Shown: positions 19,959 to 29,618 of the stretch, piece by piece
Numbering within the stretch: the stretch's first letter is position 1
How the letters are laid out: every line of letters begins with the position of its first letter
Assembly (NCBI GenBank): GCA_963806035.1
Contig: CAWDWO010000016.1
Location: forward strand, 10,581 to 74,580
Direction: 5' to 3'
Length of the DNA: 64,000 nt
Origin: Candidatus Krumholzibacteriota bacterium
GTDB taxonomy: Bacteria > Krumholzibacteriota > Krumholzibacteriia > JAJRXK01
The notes under the pieces: model-generated
What the model was told of the DNA's origin: nothing
Databases searched by the model: none
The model's input: the letters and a program-made list of their open reading frames with translations, nothing else
Program-made: the position numbers and the translations under genes

Positions 19959-20603
19959 TCACAGCACGTAGCGCAAGACGGCGAAGTAGTGACAGGCGCT
20001 TCCCGCCAGCACGAAAAGGTGCCAGATCGCGTGGTGGTAGGGGACGCGGCGGGAGAGGTAGAAGTAGATCCCCCCCGAATAGGCCGCTCCGCCAGCGGCG
20101 AGCAGCAACAGGCAGCCCGTGGGCAGACTCGCCGCCAGGGGCCGGGCCGCGATCACCACGATCCATCCCATCAAAAGGTACAGTCCCAAGGATACCCCGC
20201 GAAAGCGCCGTCGGAGCAGCGCCTCCTGGACGATTCCCAGCACGGCCAGCCCCCAGATCACCCCGAAGAGGCTCCAGCCCCAGGCGCCCCGAAGCGGAAC
20301 CAAAGTAAAGGGCGTGTAGGTCCCGGCGATGAGCAGGTAGATCGCGCTGTGATCAAGGGCGCGGAATACGTTTTTCGCCCGTGAAGGGGGCAGACCGTGG
20401 TAGAGGGTCGAGATCAGGTAGAGCAGAAGGAGACTCGCTCCGTAGACCGAGGCCGCCACGATCCGCCAGGGATCGGCAGTTTTCGCGGCATGGAGCAACA
20501 GTACCACGAGCCCCACCAGCGCGAGCAGGGCGCCCAGGCCATGGGTGAGGACGTGCGCTCGTTCTTCGGCGCGCGTGTGCTGGTATTCGCCGCGGATCTT
20601 CAT
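19959..20603 (-). CDS. Hemolysin III / PAQR family membrane protein
   Basis: EE.A..LTHG, STLYH, LDHSAIYLLIAGTYTPF, HAIWHLFVLAGS..HY motifs; ATG at 20603. Confidence 0.9.
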   Translation of the reverse strand: MKIRGEYQHTRAEERAHVLTHGLGALLALVGLVVLLLHAAKTADPWRIVAASVYGASLLLLYLISTLYHGLPPSRAKNVFRALDHSAIYLLIAGTYTPFTLVPLRGAWGWSLFGVIWGLAVLGIVQEALLRRRFRGVSLGLYLLMGWIVVIAARPLAASLPTGCLLLLAAGGAAYSGGIYFYLSRRVPYHHAIWHLFVLAGSACHYFAVLRYVL

Positions 20604-20886
20604 CGTGGCCGTCCTCGCGTGGGTGGGGTGAAGACAGACAGTGGATAGGTAGACCGCGCGGGTCGCATTGCCAAATCCCGATACCGGATCTACTCTTGGT
20701 CTTGAGTCTGAGCGGCCCGCGCCCAGTGGCCGCCGCAGCGTCGATCGTGCGCCTCCCCACTGCAAAAAGGAGTCCGCGGAAACGGAGGCCTGGCCTTGCC
20801 AGACTTTGGTACTCCGTAGCCGGTCGAGGAGCCTGCCTCGAGGGAGTGCACGAGGAGCCCTCAAAGCCCGAAAGTCGAGTGCAGCG

Positions 20887-21261
20887 ATGCCTGAGAAACT
20901 GCGCATCGATCACGACAGGGGGATCGTCCTGATCGAGTCCTGTGGCGCCGTCAGTGTGGCGGATATCCGCGCGTCCATCCAGGCAGTGGAGGCCATCTTC
21001 GCTGAAGAAGGGCTCGACAGGACCCTGGTCGATGCGCGAACGCAGGACCAACCGCCCTCGATCACCGAACTCTACGAAATCGCTTCGGACTTGCCCCGGG
21101 GCGTCCGGATCGCCCTGTTGACCAGCAGCGGGACCCCCGCGGAGGATGGCCTTCGCTTTCTGGAAACGGTGGCCAAGAACACCGGACTGGAAGTGAGAGT
21201 CTTTCTCGACGAGGACGAGGCCCTGGCCTGGTTGGATCATTCAGCCTCGAGTTCGGCTTGA
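20887..21261 (+). CDS. STAS/SEC14 (SpoIIAA-like) domain protein
   Basis: LVDAR...RIALL...F.ETVA.N.G..VRVF.D..EALAWL pattern. Confidence 0.65.
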   Translation: MPEKLRIDHDRGIVLIESCGAVSVADIRASIQAVEAIFAEEGLDRTLVDARTQDQPPSITELYEIASDLPRGVRIALLTSSGTPAEDGLRFLETVAKNTGLEVRVFLDEDEALAWLDHSASSSA

Positions 21262-22292
21262 TACACCTGACCGTAGATCTCCCACAGCGTCAGGCAGACT
21301 GCCGCCAGAATGGGACCCAAGAGTAGCCCCGGGATGCCAAATAGTCCCAATCCCCCCAATGTGCCGAAGAGAATCATGAGCTGGTGCATCTGCGTGTCCT
21401 TGCCCGCCATCATCGGCCGCAGCAGGTTGTCCACGGCTCCCACGATCAAGAGGAACCACAGGGTGAGCAGAATCGCGCTGCTCGGATGTCCAGCCGCGGC
21501 CAGGTAGATCACGGCGGGAACCCAGATGAGGCCTGTGCCAACCCCGGGAACCACAGACAGCACGACCATGAGCGCTCCCCAAAACACCGGGCCGTGGAGA
21601 CCGGCAACCCAAAATCCGATTCCACCGAGAAGCCCCTGCAAGACTCCTATGGCCAGCGTGCCACGCAACATGGCGCGACCCACCGAGACGAAGCGGTTCA
21701 TCATCTTCATCTCGTCATCGTGAGAGAGCGGCAAATAGTAGAGGAACTTGTCCAGGGCCTTCTGCCCATCCTTTAGCAAGAAGTACATGCAGTAGCCGAA
21801 AAGAAAGAAGTGGAAGAGGAACTTCGCCGTGCGCCCGGTGACCCCCGCGACTCCGCTCACGAAGTAGTGCCCCGTGCTCTGCACGATCGACATGACTTTG
21901 GTGAGCACCTCTTTTCGATCCAGACCGATGTCATCGAGGATCGGCAGCAGATTGTAGATCCTGGCCAAGGGATCTGGCTTGGCGAGTTGTTGTTCCACCC
22001 AGGGTCGTATGGTGTGACTCACCTCGATGGCTTGATTCGCGGCCACCACCACCAAGAACAGCAGGGGCACGATCACGATCAAGAGAACGATGATGAGAGT
22101 GGTCAGCGAGGCGAGGCTGCGCCTGCCGCGAAACAGCCGCTCCAGGGCCCGATAGAGCGGTTGGAACAGTCCGGAGAAGATGGCCGCCAACAGGAAGGTG
22201 ACGAGGAAAGGCCTGACCATCGCGAAGAAGAGCGCGGTGATCAAGATGGTGATCGCGAGCACGCTTGCCTTGACGAAGGTCGGACGACTCAT
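21237..22292 (-). CDS. AI-2E family transporter
   Basis: 351 aa hydrophobic; P.VGT.L.WVP, DNLLRP, GG...FG..GLLLGP motifs. Confidence 0.88.
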   Translation of the reverse strand: MSRPTFVKASVLAITILITALFFAMVRPFLVTFLLAAIFSGLFQPLYRALERLFRGRRSLASLTTLIIVLLIVIVPLLFLVVVAANQAIEVSHTIRPWVEQQLAKPDPLARIYNLLPILDDIGLDRKEVLTKVMSIVQSTGHYFVSGVAGVTGRTAKFLFHFFLFGYCMYFLLKDGQKALDKFLYYLPLSHDDEMKMMNRFVSVGRAMLRGTLAIGVLQGLLGGIGFWVAGLHGPVFWGALMVVLSVVPGVGTGLIWVPAVIYLAAAGHPSSAILLTLWFLLIVGAVDNLLRPMMAGKDTQMHQLMILFGTLGGLGLFGIPGLLLGPILAAVCLTLWEIYGQVYQAELEAE

Positions 22293-22368
22293 GCGAGGAG
22301 GCTAGCATCGGGCGCGCGGTGGGCCAAGCAATATCGCCGCTGCCCGCTCAGGGCCTGGCGCTGCCCGT

Positions 22369-22800
22369 TCAGCCGGTCATGATGTATTTCTCGAGCTGCT
22401 CGATATGGAATTCGTGCTCGGAGATGATGGCCTTCACGACGTCGCCGATGGAGATGACGCCGATCACATTGCCGCTATCCACTACGGGAAGATGGCGGAT
22501 GCGGCGCTCGGTCATCAAAGCCATCGCCTCTTCCACTGGCGCGTCCGGAGGGATGCACAGGACCTTCGTCGACATGATCTCCTCGACCTTGCAATCGCGT
22601 GAGGACTTTCCCTGGAGAATGACTTTGCGGGCATAGTCTCTTTCGGAGAGCAGACCCACGAGTTTCTCGCCGGTCATCACGAGAAGGGCGCCGACCCCCT
22701 TTTCCGAGAGCATTTCGACAGCCTGGTAGACCGTGGCGTCGGGAGAGATGTGATAGATTTCGTGACCCTTGTTCTTCAGTAGCTGCTTGATCTTCTTCAT
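22369..22800 (-). CDS. Tandem CBS domain protein
   Basis: GLLSERDYARK, RIRHLPV, GVISIGDVVK motifs; ATG at 22800. Confidence 0.9.
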   Translation of the reverse strand: MKKIKQLLKNKGHEIYHISPDATVYQAVEMLSEKGVGALLVMTGEKLVGLLSERDYARKVILQGKSSRDCKVEEIMSTKVLCIPPDAPVEEAMALMTERRIRHLPVVDSGNVIGVISIGDVVKAIISEHEFHIEQLEKYIMTG

Positions 22801-23025
22801 ACCAATTCCTCTCGAGCGGGCGCGAAAACGAGAAGGTACCAAAAGATGTCCCTCCTCAAAGATCTAAAGCGGGGGAGGCGCGGACGCAAGACAAAGCTCC
22901 ATTCGCCAAGGGCTTAGGCCAGTGTCCCTCGATCGCGACCCCACCCACACAGTTTGCTAGGCAAGTGGGCGCAGGCATGGTAGGAAGTTCCTTGGCGGCA
23001 CACTTTCCAGCCGAGGAGGCTTTGC

Positions 23026-24384
23026 ATGGAGCAGCTCACCTTCCTCTTGAGTCAGGCGTCGGATTTCATCTGGGGTCCGTGGCTGCTCATTCCTCTCCTG
23101 CTCTTTACCGGCCTCTACCTGACTCTGCGCCTCAAGGGACTGCAGTTCAAAGAACTGTACGGCGCCCTGTATCTTGCGCTCATCGTCCGCAAGGACAAGG
23201 GCGCCACCGGAGACATTTCACATTTCCAGGCCCTGATGACCGCACTGGCCGCCACGGTGGGCACGGGAAACATCGTCGGAGTGGCCACCGCGATCGCCCT
23301 GGGCGGACCGGGCGCCGTTTTCTGGATGTGGATGACGGGTCTGTTGGGAATGGCCACCAAGTACTCCGAGGCCCTGCTCGCCGTCCATTACCGCGTGACC
23401 GATCACCGCGGCGAGCAAGCGGGCGGTCCCATGTACTATCTCTCGCGAGGCGTTCGCGCGCAGCCCTTGGGCAAGATCCTCGGTCTGCTCTTTGCGATCT
23501 TCGCCGCCATCGCGGCCTTCGGCATCGGAAACATGGTGCAATCGAACTCGGTGGCGCAGGCCCTGCACGAGAGCTTCAACGTCTCGGTCTACGTCACGGG
23601 AATCGTACTGGCGCTTGGAGCGGGGGCGGTAATTCTGGGCGGCATTCGTAGTATAGGAAGGTTCACGGCGGCATTCGTGCCGGTGATGATCGCCGTGTAC
23701 ATGGCGGGAACTCTCGTCATCTTGTTCCGCTTCGCCGGGGCGATTCCCCACGCCCTCGTCCTCATCGTCCACGATGCTTTCAACGGGACCGCTCTCACTG
23801 GAGGATTCGTCGGTGCGGCAGTGGCTTCCGCGATACGCTTCGGGGTTGCCCGGGGGATTTTCTCGAACGAATCGGGCCTGGGCTCCGCCGCCATCGCCGC
23901 TGCTGCGGCGCAAACCGAGGAACCCGTGCGGCAGGCCATGGTCTCGATGACCCAGACCTTCATCGATACCATCGTCGTGTGCTCGCTCACCGCTTTGGTC
24001 ATTCTCACCACGGGCGCCTGGGAGAGCGGTGCGAATGGTGCACCTCTCACGCAGCTGGCCTTCAGTCGCGGACTTCCCGGTCAGTGGGGGGGATGGCTGG
24101 TTGCGATCAGTCTCTCGATGTTCGCCTTCTCGACGATTCTGGGCTGGAGTTATTACGGAGAGAAGAGCATCGAGTATCTGCTCGGAGAACGCTTCATTCT
24201 GGTTTACCGAGTTCTCTTTGTGACCGCCGTGCTCTTCGGCGCCATTCGCAGCCTCAGTTTCGTGTGGACCGTCTCGGACGTAATGAATGGTTTGATGGCG
24301 TTGCCAAATCTGATCGGACTCTTGCTCTTGAGCGGAGTCATCGTCGACCAGACGCGTAGCTATTTCCGCAGGCGAGCGGGCTAG
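23026..24384 (+). CDS. Alanine/glycine:cation symporter (AGCS family)
   Basis: [44 protein letters not shown] motifs; GGAGG RBS. Confidence 0.92.
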   Translation: MEQLTFLLSQASDFIWGPWLLIPLLLFTGLYLTLRLKGLQFKELYGALYLALIVRKDKGATGDISHFQALMTALAATVGTGNIVGVATAIALGGPGAVFWMWMTGLLGMATKYSEALLAVHYRVTDHRGEQAGGPMYYLSRGVRAQPLGKILGLLFAIFAAIAAFGIGNMVQSNSVAQALHESFNVSVYVTGIVLALGAGAVILGGIRSIGRFTAAFVPVMIAVYMAGTLVILFRFAGAIPHALVLIVHDAFNGTALTGGFVGAAVASAIRFGVARGIFSNESGLGSAAIAAAAAQTEEPVRQAMVSMTQTFIDTIVVCSLTALVILTTGAWESGANGAPLTQLAFSRGLPGQWGGWLVAISLSMFAFSTILGWSYYGEKSIEYLLGERFILVYRVLFVTAVLFGAIRSLSFVWTVSDVMNGLMALPNLIGLLLLSGVIVDQTRSYFRRRAG

Positions 24385-24406
24385 GAGAATCCCCAGCCGG
24401 CGTGCT

Positions 24407-25078
24407 TCAGTGCAATACGCTTTGCAACCAGGCGCCGATGGCCTGGATCTCTTCCAGCACCACCTGATGTTGCATGGGGTACTCGTGCCACTCTACCGAG
24501 TAGCCGAGTTGTTGCAGACGATCGCGCGCAGCGGTTCCCTTGTCGAAGGGCACCATGGGGTCGAAGATCCCGTGCGCCTGAAAGATGGGGATGTCGGCGT
24601 TGATCGAGCTGCGCTCCTGCTCGAACTTCGACTCCAGGAGCATGTAAGTGCTCAGAGCCAAGATCCCGGCCAGGCGCTCGGGATAGCGCAACCCGGTGAA
24701 CAGCGAAATCGCGCCGCCCTGGGAAAAGCCGGCCAGCAAGATGCGTTCGCAGGGGACGCCGCGCTGGTTTTCGCGGACGATGAGTTCCTCGAGTCTTCGA
24801 GCGGACCCCCGGATGCCTTCCTCGTCGTGCCCGCGCTTCAAATCGAGTTCGACGATGTCGTACCAGGCGCGCATGACCATTCCCTGGTTCAAAGTCACCG
24901 GGATTCTGGGTGCATGCGGGAAGACGAAGCGGATCGCGTGGTCCTCGGGAAGCCCCAGGGAGGGGACGATCGGCTCGAAATCGTGCCCATCCGCGCCCAA
25001 TCCGTGCAACCAGATCACCGAGCTGGTCGCCTTTTGGCGGGGTTCGATCTCAACACATTCCAGATGAGCAGAACTCAC
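24407..25078 (-). CDS. Phospholipase/carboxylesterase (alpha/beta hydrolase)
   Basis: WLHGLGADG, MRAWYDI, GFSQGG, HG..D..V, M.H.V motifs. Confidence 0.9.
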   Translation of the reverse strand: MSSAHLECVEIEPRQKATSSVIWLHGLGADGHDFEPIVPSLGLPEDHAIRFVFPHAPRIPVTLNQGMVMRAWYDIVELDLKRGHDEEGIRGSARRLEELIVRENQRGVPCERILLAGFSQGGAISLFTGLRYPERLAGILALSTYMLLESKFEQERSSINADIPIFQAHGIFDPMVPFDKGTAARDRLQQLGYSVEWHEYPMQHQVVLEEIQAIGAWLQSVLH

Positions 25079-25149
25079 AGCGATTCCTCGAGAAATTGGG
25101 TCCTGGGCAAGCTATTTCCAGCCGTGGCTGCGGGCAAGTCCAATTCGCC

Positions 25150-25177
25150 GGTTCTGTCTCCGAGATTGTTCCTGGCC
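25150..25177 (+). repeat. Left terminal inverted repeat GGTTCTGTCTCCGAGATTGTTCCTGGCC
   Basis: Exact reverse complement of 26380-26407. Confidence 0.95.
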
Positions 25178-25200
25178 CGGATGCTGCGTGACGGGGTGGC

Positions 25201-26316
25201 ATGGCCACGGACCCGACACGCAGGCCGGGTTGGGGGCCTCCCCACTGTCCCAATTCCAGCTGCAAGTACCACAAGGACTTGCTCGACACCGCGCCCCGCT
25301 GGCGCTATGTCCGCAAGGGTTTCTATACGCGCCCCTCGGACCAAAGACGTGTCCAACGTTTCCAGTGCCGGACATGTGGTGTCAACTTCTCCAGCCAGAC
25401 GTTTTCTCTGAGCTACTGGCAGAAGCGTCCCGAGCTCACCAATAAGATTTTTCTGCTGAGCCTGGGCTGCATGGCCACTCGCCAGATCGCCCGCACCCTG
25501 AAGGCCAGTCCGCAGACCATCTCCGAACACATCGCCCGACTCGCCCGTCACGCCATGTTGTGGCAGACACATCGGTTGCAGGGAGTAAAGGCACGCGGTC
25601 CGGTGGTGATCGACGGACTGCGCAGCTTCGAGTACAGCCAGTACCATCCCATCGAGCATCACGTGGCGGTCGAAAAGGACACGAGCTTCGTGCTCTATCA
25701 CACCGAGAGTGAGCTACGCCGGAGCGGGCGGATGACCGCTTATCAGCGTAAGAAGCGGCAGAGGATCGAGGAACGCATCGGCCGGCCGGATCCCCAGGCC
25801 ACCCGCAAGGACGTCCAGGAGCTGCTGGCGGTATCCCTCGAGGGACTGGAGCGAGCCATCGTCCACAGCGATGAACATCGTGCTTACGTGCAGGCAATCC
25901 GCAAGCTAGAGCCGAGCGTCACTCACCGCGTGACGAACTCGAAGAAGCGGCGCAGCCAGCACAATCCACTCTACGAAATCAACCTCCTCGATCTGTGGAT
26001 TCGTCATGCGCAGAGCAACCACAAGCGCGAGACCATCGCGGCCTCCAAGCGCCGCCAGGCCAGCGCGGAGAAACTCACGCTGTTGCAAGTATGGAAGAAC
26101 TACATCCAGAGGCGACGGGTGAACGGACCGCCAGAGACTCCGGCGATGCTGAAGGGGCTGATCGATCGCCCTCTCTCGTTCGGGGAGATCTTTCGCAGAC
26201 GGCTGTTTCCAGGGCGGATCAAACTCCCTGCACGCTGGCAGCTCTACTATCGGCGGGCGGTGTCCACGCGGGAGTACCCGCGCAACCAGGCGCATCGGCT
26301 GAAGTACGCGTTTTGA
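25201..26316 (+). CDS. DDE transposase with N-terminal zinc ribbon and HTH (IS1-like, single ORF)
   Basis: CPNSSC...G...QRFQCRTCG..FS zinc ribbon; VVIDG, HSDE, YEIN...IR...KRETIAASK and TPAM motifs. Confidence 0.85.
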   Translation: MATDPTRRPGWGPPHCPNSSCKYHKDLLDTAPRWRYVRKGFYTRPSDQRRVQRFQCRTCGVNFSSQTFSLSYWQKRPELTNKIFLLSLGCMATRQIARTLKASPQTISEHIARLARHAMLWQTHRLQGVKARGPVVIDGLRSFEYSQYHPIEHHVAVEKDTSFVLYHTESELRRSGRMTAYQRKKRQRIEERIGRPDPQATRKDVQELLAVSLEGLERAIVHSDEHRAYVQAIRKLEPSVTHRVTNSKKRRSQHNPLYEINLLDLWIRHAQSNHKRETIAASKRRQASAEKLTLLQVWKNYIQRRRVNGPPETPAMLKGLIDRPLSFGEIFRRRLFPGRIKLPARWQLYYRRAVSTREYPRNQAHRLKYAF

Positions 26317-26379
26317 GGGAGAAGGAGCCTGCCGGGGAGTGATCTGAGCCAACTCGGCCTCCCGCACGAACTACGCGCC

Positions 26380-26407
26380 GGCCAGGAACAATCTCGGAGA
26401 CAGAACC
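26380..26407 (-). repeat. Right terminal inverted repeat
   Basis: GGCCAGGAACAATCTCGGAGACAGAACC, reverse complement of 25150-25177. Confidence 0.95.
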
Positions 26408-26464
26408 ATTCCTCTGCGTTTAACCTTCGAGCCAGGAGTCTGAAACCACAGCTGGAGGCATTCG

Positions 26465-27127
26465 ATGAGACGCATCACTCTCGCGCGGGTCTTCGTTCTC
26501 GCTCTCGTTTTCGGGTCACTTTTTTCGGCGACCGCACTGGCGGCCAAGAGGGACCATCCGCAGCCGCGTACTGCCAAGCAAAAAGTCGATGTTCCACTCG
26601 ACAAAATACGGGTGAGCGATGGCGACACCATGGTCATCGATTGGGCCGAGGGTGATCGCGAGCGAGTGCGCGTCCTGGGGATCGACACGCCGGAGATCGC
26701 GCACGAAGGACATTTTCTCACCGAGGATCAACCGCACGGGCAAGAGGCGCGTGAATTCGCCGCGAAGCTCTTCGCTCAGGCCAAGCAGATTCAGCTCCTG
26801 CGCGCCGACCAGACCGATACCTACGGCCGCACCCTCGGCTTCTTCTTCCTGGACGGAAAGAACTACTCACCCATGGTCCTGCGCGCGCGCTTGGCCTACG
26901 AGACGGTGAGTCACTACGGGGACAACGGCTTCCCCGAAGAGGCCGCGGAGTGTTTGGAGGCCGCAAAGGAAGCACAGAAGCAGGGAAAGCTGGACTTCGA
27001 GCAACCCTATCTCTTTCGGCGCATGATGCGCGAGCGTCAGGAGGCGGCGAAGGCTCCCAAGTCGCAGCGGCCGAGCAAGTCTCCCAAAGCTGACAAGGAC
27101 GAGAAAAGCGAAGGCGGAGGGCATTAG
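26465..27127 (+). CDS. Secreted thermonuclease (SNase-like)
   Basis: Signal peptide; DGDT, VRVLGIDTPE, D.YGRTLG motifs. Confidence 0.88.
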   Translation: MRRITLARVFVLALVFGSLFSATALAAKRDHPQPRTAKQKVDVPLDKIRVSDGDTMVIDWAEGDRERVRVLGIDTPEIAHEGHFLTEDQPHGQEAREFAAKLFAQAKQIQLLRADQTDTYGRTLGFFFLDGKNYSPMVLRARLAYETVSHYGDNGFPEEAAECLEAAKEAQKQGKLDFEQPYLFRRMMRERQEAAKAPKSQRPSKSPKADKDEKSEGGGH

Positions 27128-28377
27128 GCTCGGGCTTCGAGAACCTCTAGTCCCAAGGTCTGCTCGAGAACGCGCCGTAGCCTCTCTGCGCGCGAGTCGG
27201 GACCGTAGTGGGTCCGCACGAAGGCATAGCCCGCCTCGGCCAATTTTCTCGAGCGCTCCGGATCCTCCAGGAAGCGCCAGGCCCGTGCCCATTCGGCCGG
27301 GTTCTCGGCCTGTAGATAGTGAATCCTGGCCTCCGCTCCCGATCCCCGCGCGGCCACCGGCGTGCAGATGACGGGGCGGCCCGCGGCCTGCGCTTCCAGC
27401 ATGCGATAGCGCAGGCCCCCCGCGTATTCCAGTGGCACCACGACGGCATCACACGCCGCGAGCTCGGTCTCCAGCTCGTCCACCCATCCCACCGCGACCG
27501 CGCCGGCCTTTTCGATGACACGTCTGAGCTTCGGGCCGAGACCGGCACCGGCCACGCGCAGCTCCGGCGGGCGCTCGATGCCGCGTAGGATCGCGGGCCA
27601 GCTTTCTTGCAGAAAGCACACGAGACCATCGCGATTGAACGCGGCCGACCAGTGCCCGTAGCAGAGCCAGCGCTGGGGCGCTTCGGGCTCTCTCGGTGCC
27701 GGATTCAGCGGCCTCGCTCTCACCGGCACGACCGCGGGCCACACGCCCAGAGCCGGCCGCTTCGCGCCGGGCATGGTATCCAGGGCGTGATCAGCGAGAC
27801 GCATGTCATCCTCGGTCAGACACAGGAGGGCGTCGCAGGAAAGGAGAGCGGTTTTCTCCGCGCGGCGCAGGCGCTCGGCGACGCGTGGGAGTGGTCCCTC
27901 GGGATCGCTGTTCAGTCTTGCCGCCTCACGTTGGTATTCCAGATCGGAGAGTACGAGCACGCGTCGCCCGGCCTGGCCCAGGGCCACCGCCGCGGACTGA
28001 TACCAAAAGGGTCCGACCACGATGGCCTTGGGATCGGCGGCCACCTCTTCTCGTACCATCTTCTGCATGCGTTGCGTGCACGCAAAGATCTGGATTCGCG
28101 GCACATCCTCCCGCCACGCCCGCAGCGATGAACTGAGCCTCCTCCGCAGACGGGACAGCGCGCGCAGATCGGCCCACTCCTCGTCCAGACGAATCTCAAA
28201 ACCCTCGCTCTCGAGCCGTTGACGGGCCAGCTCGCTGCCCATTCCCGCGCGCGAAATCCAACGCACCTGTCCCAGAGCGAGAAGGCTACGAGCCAGCTCC
28301 AGAGTGAAGCGTCGGCTGCCCTGGTTGGCGGGCCAGGGGAGCAGTGTGGTGCTCAAGACGAAGCGCGGATCACTCAT
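27124..28377 (-). CDS. Glycosyltransferase family 4-like protein
   Basis: P.P...G N-terminus; VVPL..AGG...MLEA.AAGRPVICT GT-B C-terminal motif. Confidence 0.75.
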   Translation of the reverse strand: MSDPRFVLSTTLLPWPANQGSRRFTLELARSLLALGQVRWISRAGMGSELARQRLESEGFEIRLDEEWADLRALSRLRRRLSSSLRAWREDVPRIQIFACTQRMQKMVREEVAADPKAIVVGPFWYQSAAVALGQAGRRVLVLSDLEYQREAARLNSDPEGPLPRVAERLRRAEKTALLSCDALLCLTEDDMRLADHALDTMPGAKRPALGVWPAVVPVRARPLNPAPREPEAPQRWLCYGHWSAAFNRDGLVCFLQESWPAILRGIERPPELRVAGAGLGPKLRRVIEKAGAVAVGWVDELETELAACDAVVVPLEYAGGLRYRMLEAQAAGRPVICTPVAARGSGAEARIHYLQAENPAEWARAWRFLEDPERSRKLAEAGYAFVRTHYGPDSRAERLRRVLEQTLGLEVLEARA

Positions 28378-29513
28378 GGCCGCTCGCCTCTGTGCAATGC
28401 GAAGGTGGACGAGGTCATTCTCTCCAGAGTGTGATGGGCCTCATATCGCCTCCGGCCGGCCTGGCCAAAACGAATCCGCGTGGCACGGTCCGCCAAGAGT
28501 TCACCGAGCGCGAAGAACAGAGCGCGCGGATCCGCGGGCGACACGAGCAGGCCGTTCTCATCGTGCTTCAAGAGCTCCTTGACTCCGTCCACGTCGGTTG
28601 CCACCAGGGGAAGCCCCTGGCAGATGCCCTCCAAGAGAGACAAGGGCATGCCCTCGCGCCGGCTTGCCAACACCATGAGATCACAGGCCCTGAGAATCGT
28701 GACCACGTCGTTGCGATGGCTGGCCAAATGGATTCTCTCTTTGAGCCCAGCCTCACAGATAAGGCGTTCCAACTCGGGGCGATCCGAGCCTTCTCCCACG
28801 AACCACATCTGGAAGCGCGTGCCCTGACGCGCCAAGCGAGCGAGGCCCTCGATCAACACGTCGCCTCCCTTGCGTAGATCGAGAGCTCCCAGCTGGACGA
28901 TGCGCGGGCCACCGCCCCGTTCGCGAGCCGCCAGCTCCGCGGGCATCGGCGCTTCCCGCTCGGCCCAGATGACCCCTTCAGGGTTCGTGTCGGGCACTCC
29001 ATTCAAGACGGTGACGACTCGCGCGGGCGAGTAGTGAAAGGTGTCGATCAAGATGGAGCGGTGCGCCTCGCACACCGCGATGCTCGTATCCACCGCACGG
29101 ACCCCCGCGCGCTTGGCCCAATAGCGCTTTCCCACTTTTCCCACGCCGGGGAGGTGCTCGGTAACGACGATACGTTCGACCTTGGCCCACTTGGCGGCCA
29201 GGGGAGCAAGGCCGAAGATTCCATCGTAGGGATGGGGGAAGTTGAAGTGCACCATTTCGGGAGCCAGCCCTTCGAGCTCGCGATAGAGCTCCGTCCACCT
29301 CGCCCGCCAAGAGTGCTCGCGCAGACGCCGCACGGCGAAGCCATCCCTTTCCAGTTGTAAAAGCCAGGGTGACAGGGTGGGACGATCCAGCGCGATCAAG
29401 CCCAAACGCTGGGGCCCGGCCGCTTCCAAATGCCATTGGAGATAGGTTTCCGCCCCGCCAAAATAGGGGGCGTCACAGTAGAACCAGTGGGGTGGAAGAG
29501 AAGTTGTCCTCAT
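28374..29513 (-). CDS. Glycosyltransferase family 4 protein
   Basis: GGAE, VVTEH, NGV, RKG, EGMPLSLLE...GLPLVATDV.G..E motifs; start uncertain (29513 or 29528). Confidence 0.85.
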   Translation of the reverse strand: MRTTSLPPHWFYCDAPYFGGAETYLQWHLEAAGPQRLGLIALDRPTLSPWLLQLERDGFAVRRLREHSWRARWTELYRELEGLAPEMVHFNFPHPYDGIFGLAPLAAKWAKVERIVVTEHLPGVGKVGKRYWAKRAGVRAVDTSIAVCEAHRSILIDTFHYSPARVVTVLNGVPDTNPEGVIWAEREAPMPAELAARERGGGPRIVQLGALDLRKGGDVLIEGLARLARQGTRFQMWFVGEGSDRPELERLICEAGLKERIHLASHRNDVVTILRACDLMVLASRREGMPLSLLEGICQGLPLVATDVDGVKELLKHDENGLLVSPADPRALFFALGELLADRATRIRFGQAGRRRYEAHHTLERMTSSTFALHRGERP

Positions 29514-29618
29514 GGCCGTAATGACCATGACACAGAGAGAAGCCCCACGTCCAGATCAGACGTGGGGCTTGGCCGAAGCAGGAGTCGCTTCACTCAGCAG
29601 CAGACATCCGCGCAACCG

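Larger units (their letters stand above)
25150..26407 (+). mobile_element. Insertion sequence, IS1-family-like, 1258 bp
   Basis: Perfect 28-bp terminal inverted repeats starting GGTTCTG (GGnnnTG pattern) enclosing a single transposase ORF. Confidence 0.85.

Noticed and set aside
19959..20603. Hemolysin as a virulence toxin
   Set aside because: The hemolysin III/PAQR family is a widespread membrane protein family, and nothing in the context indicates a toxin role.
22801..23025. Glycine riboswitch upstream of the alanine/glycine symporter
   Set aside because: The characteristic GGAGA...CCGAAG...CTCTCAGG aptamer elements are not present.
25141..26416. Target-site duplication from the shared ATTC near both IS ends
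   Set aside because: The 4-mer abuts the right end but is 3 nt away from the left end, so it is not a true flanking direct repeat.
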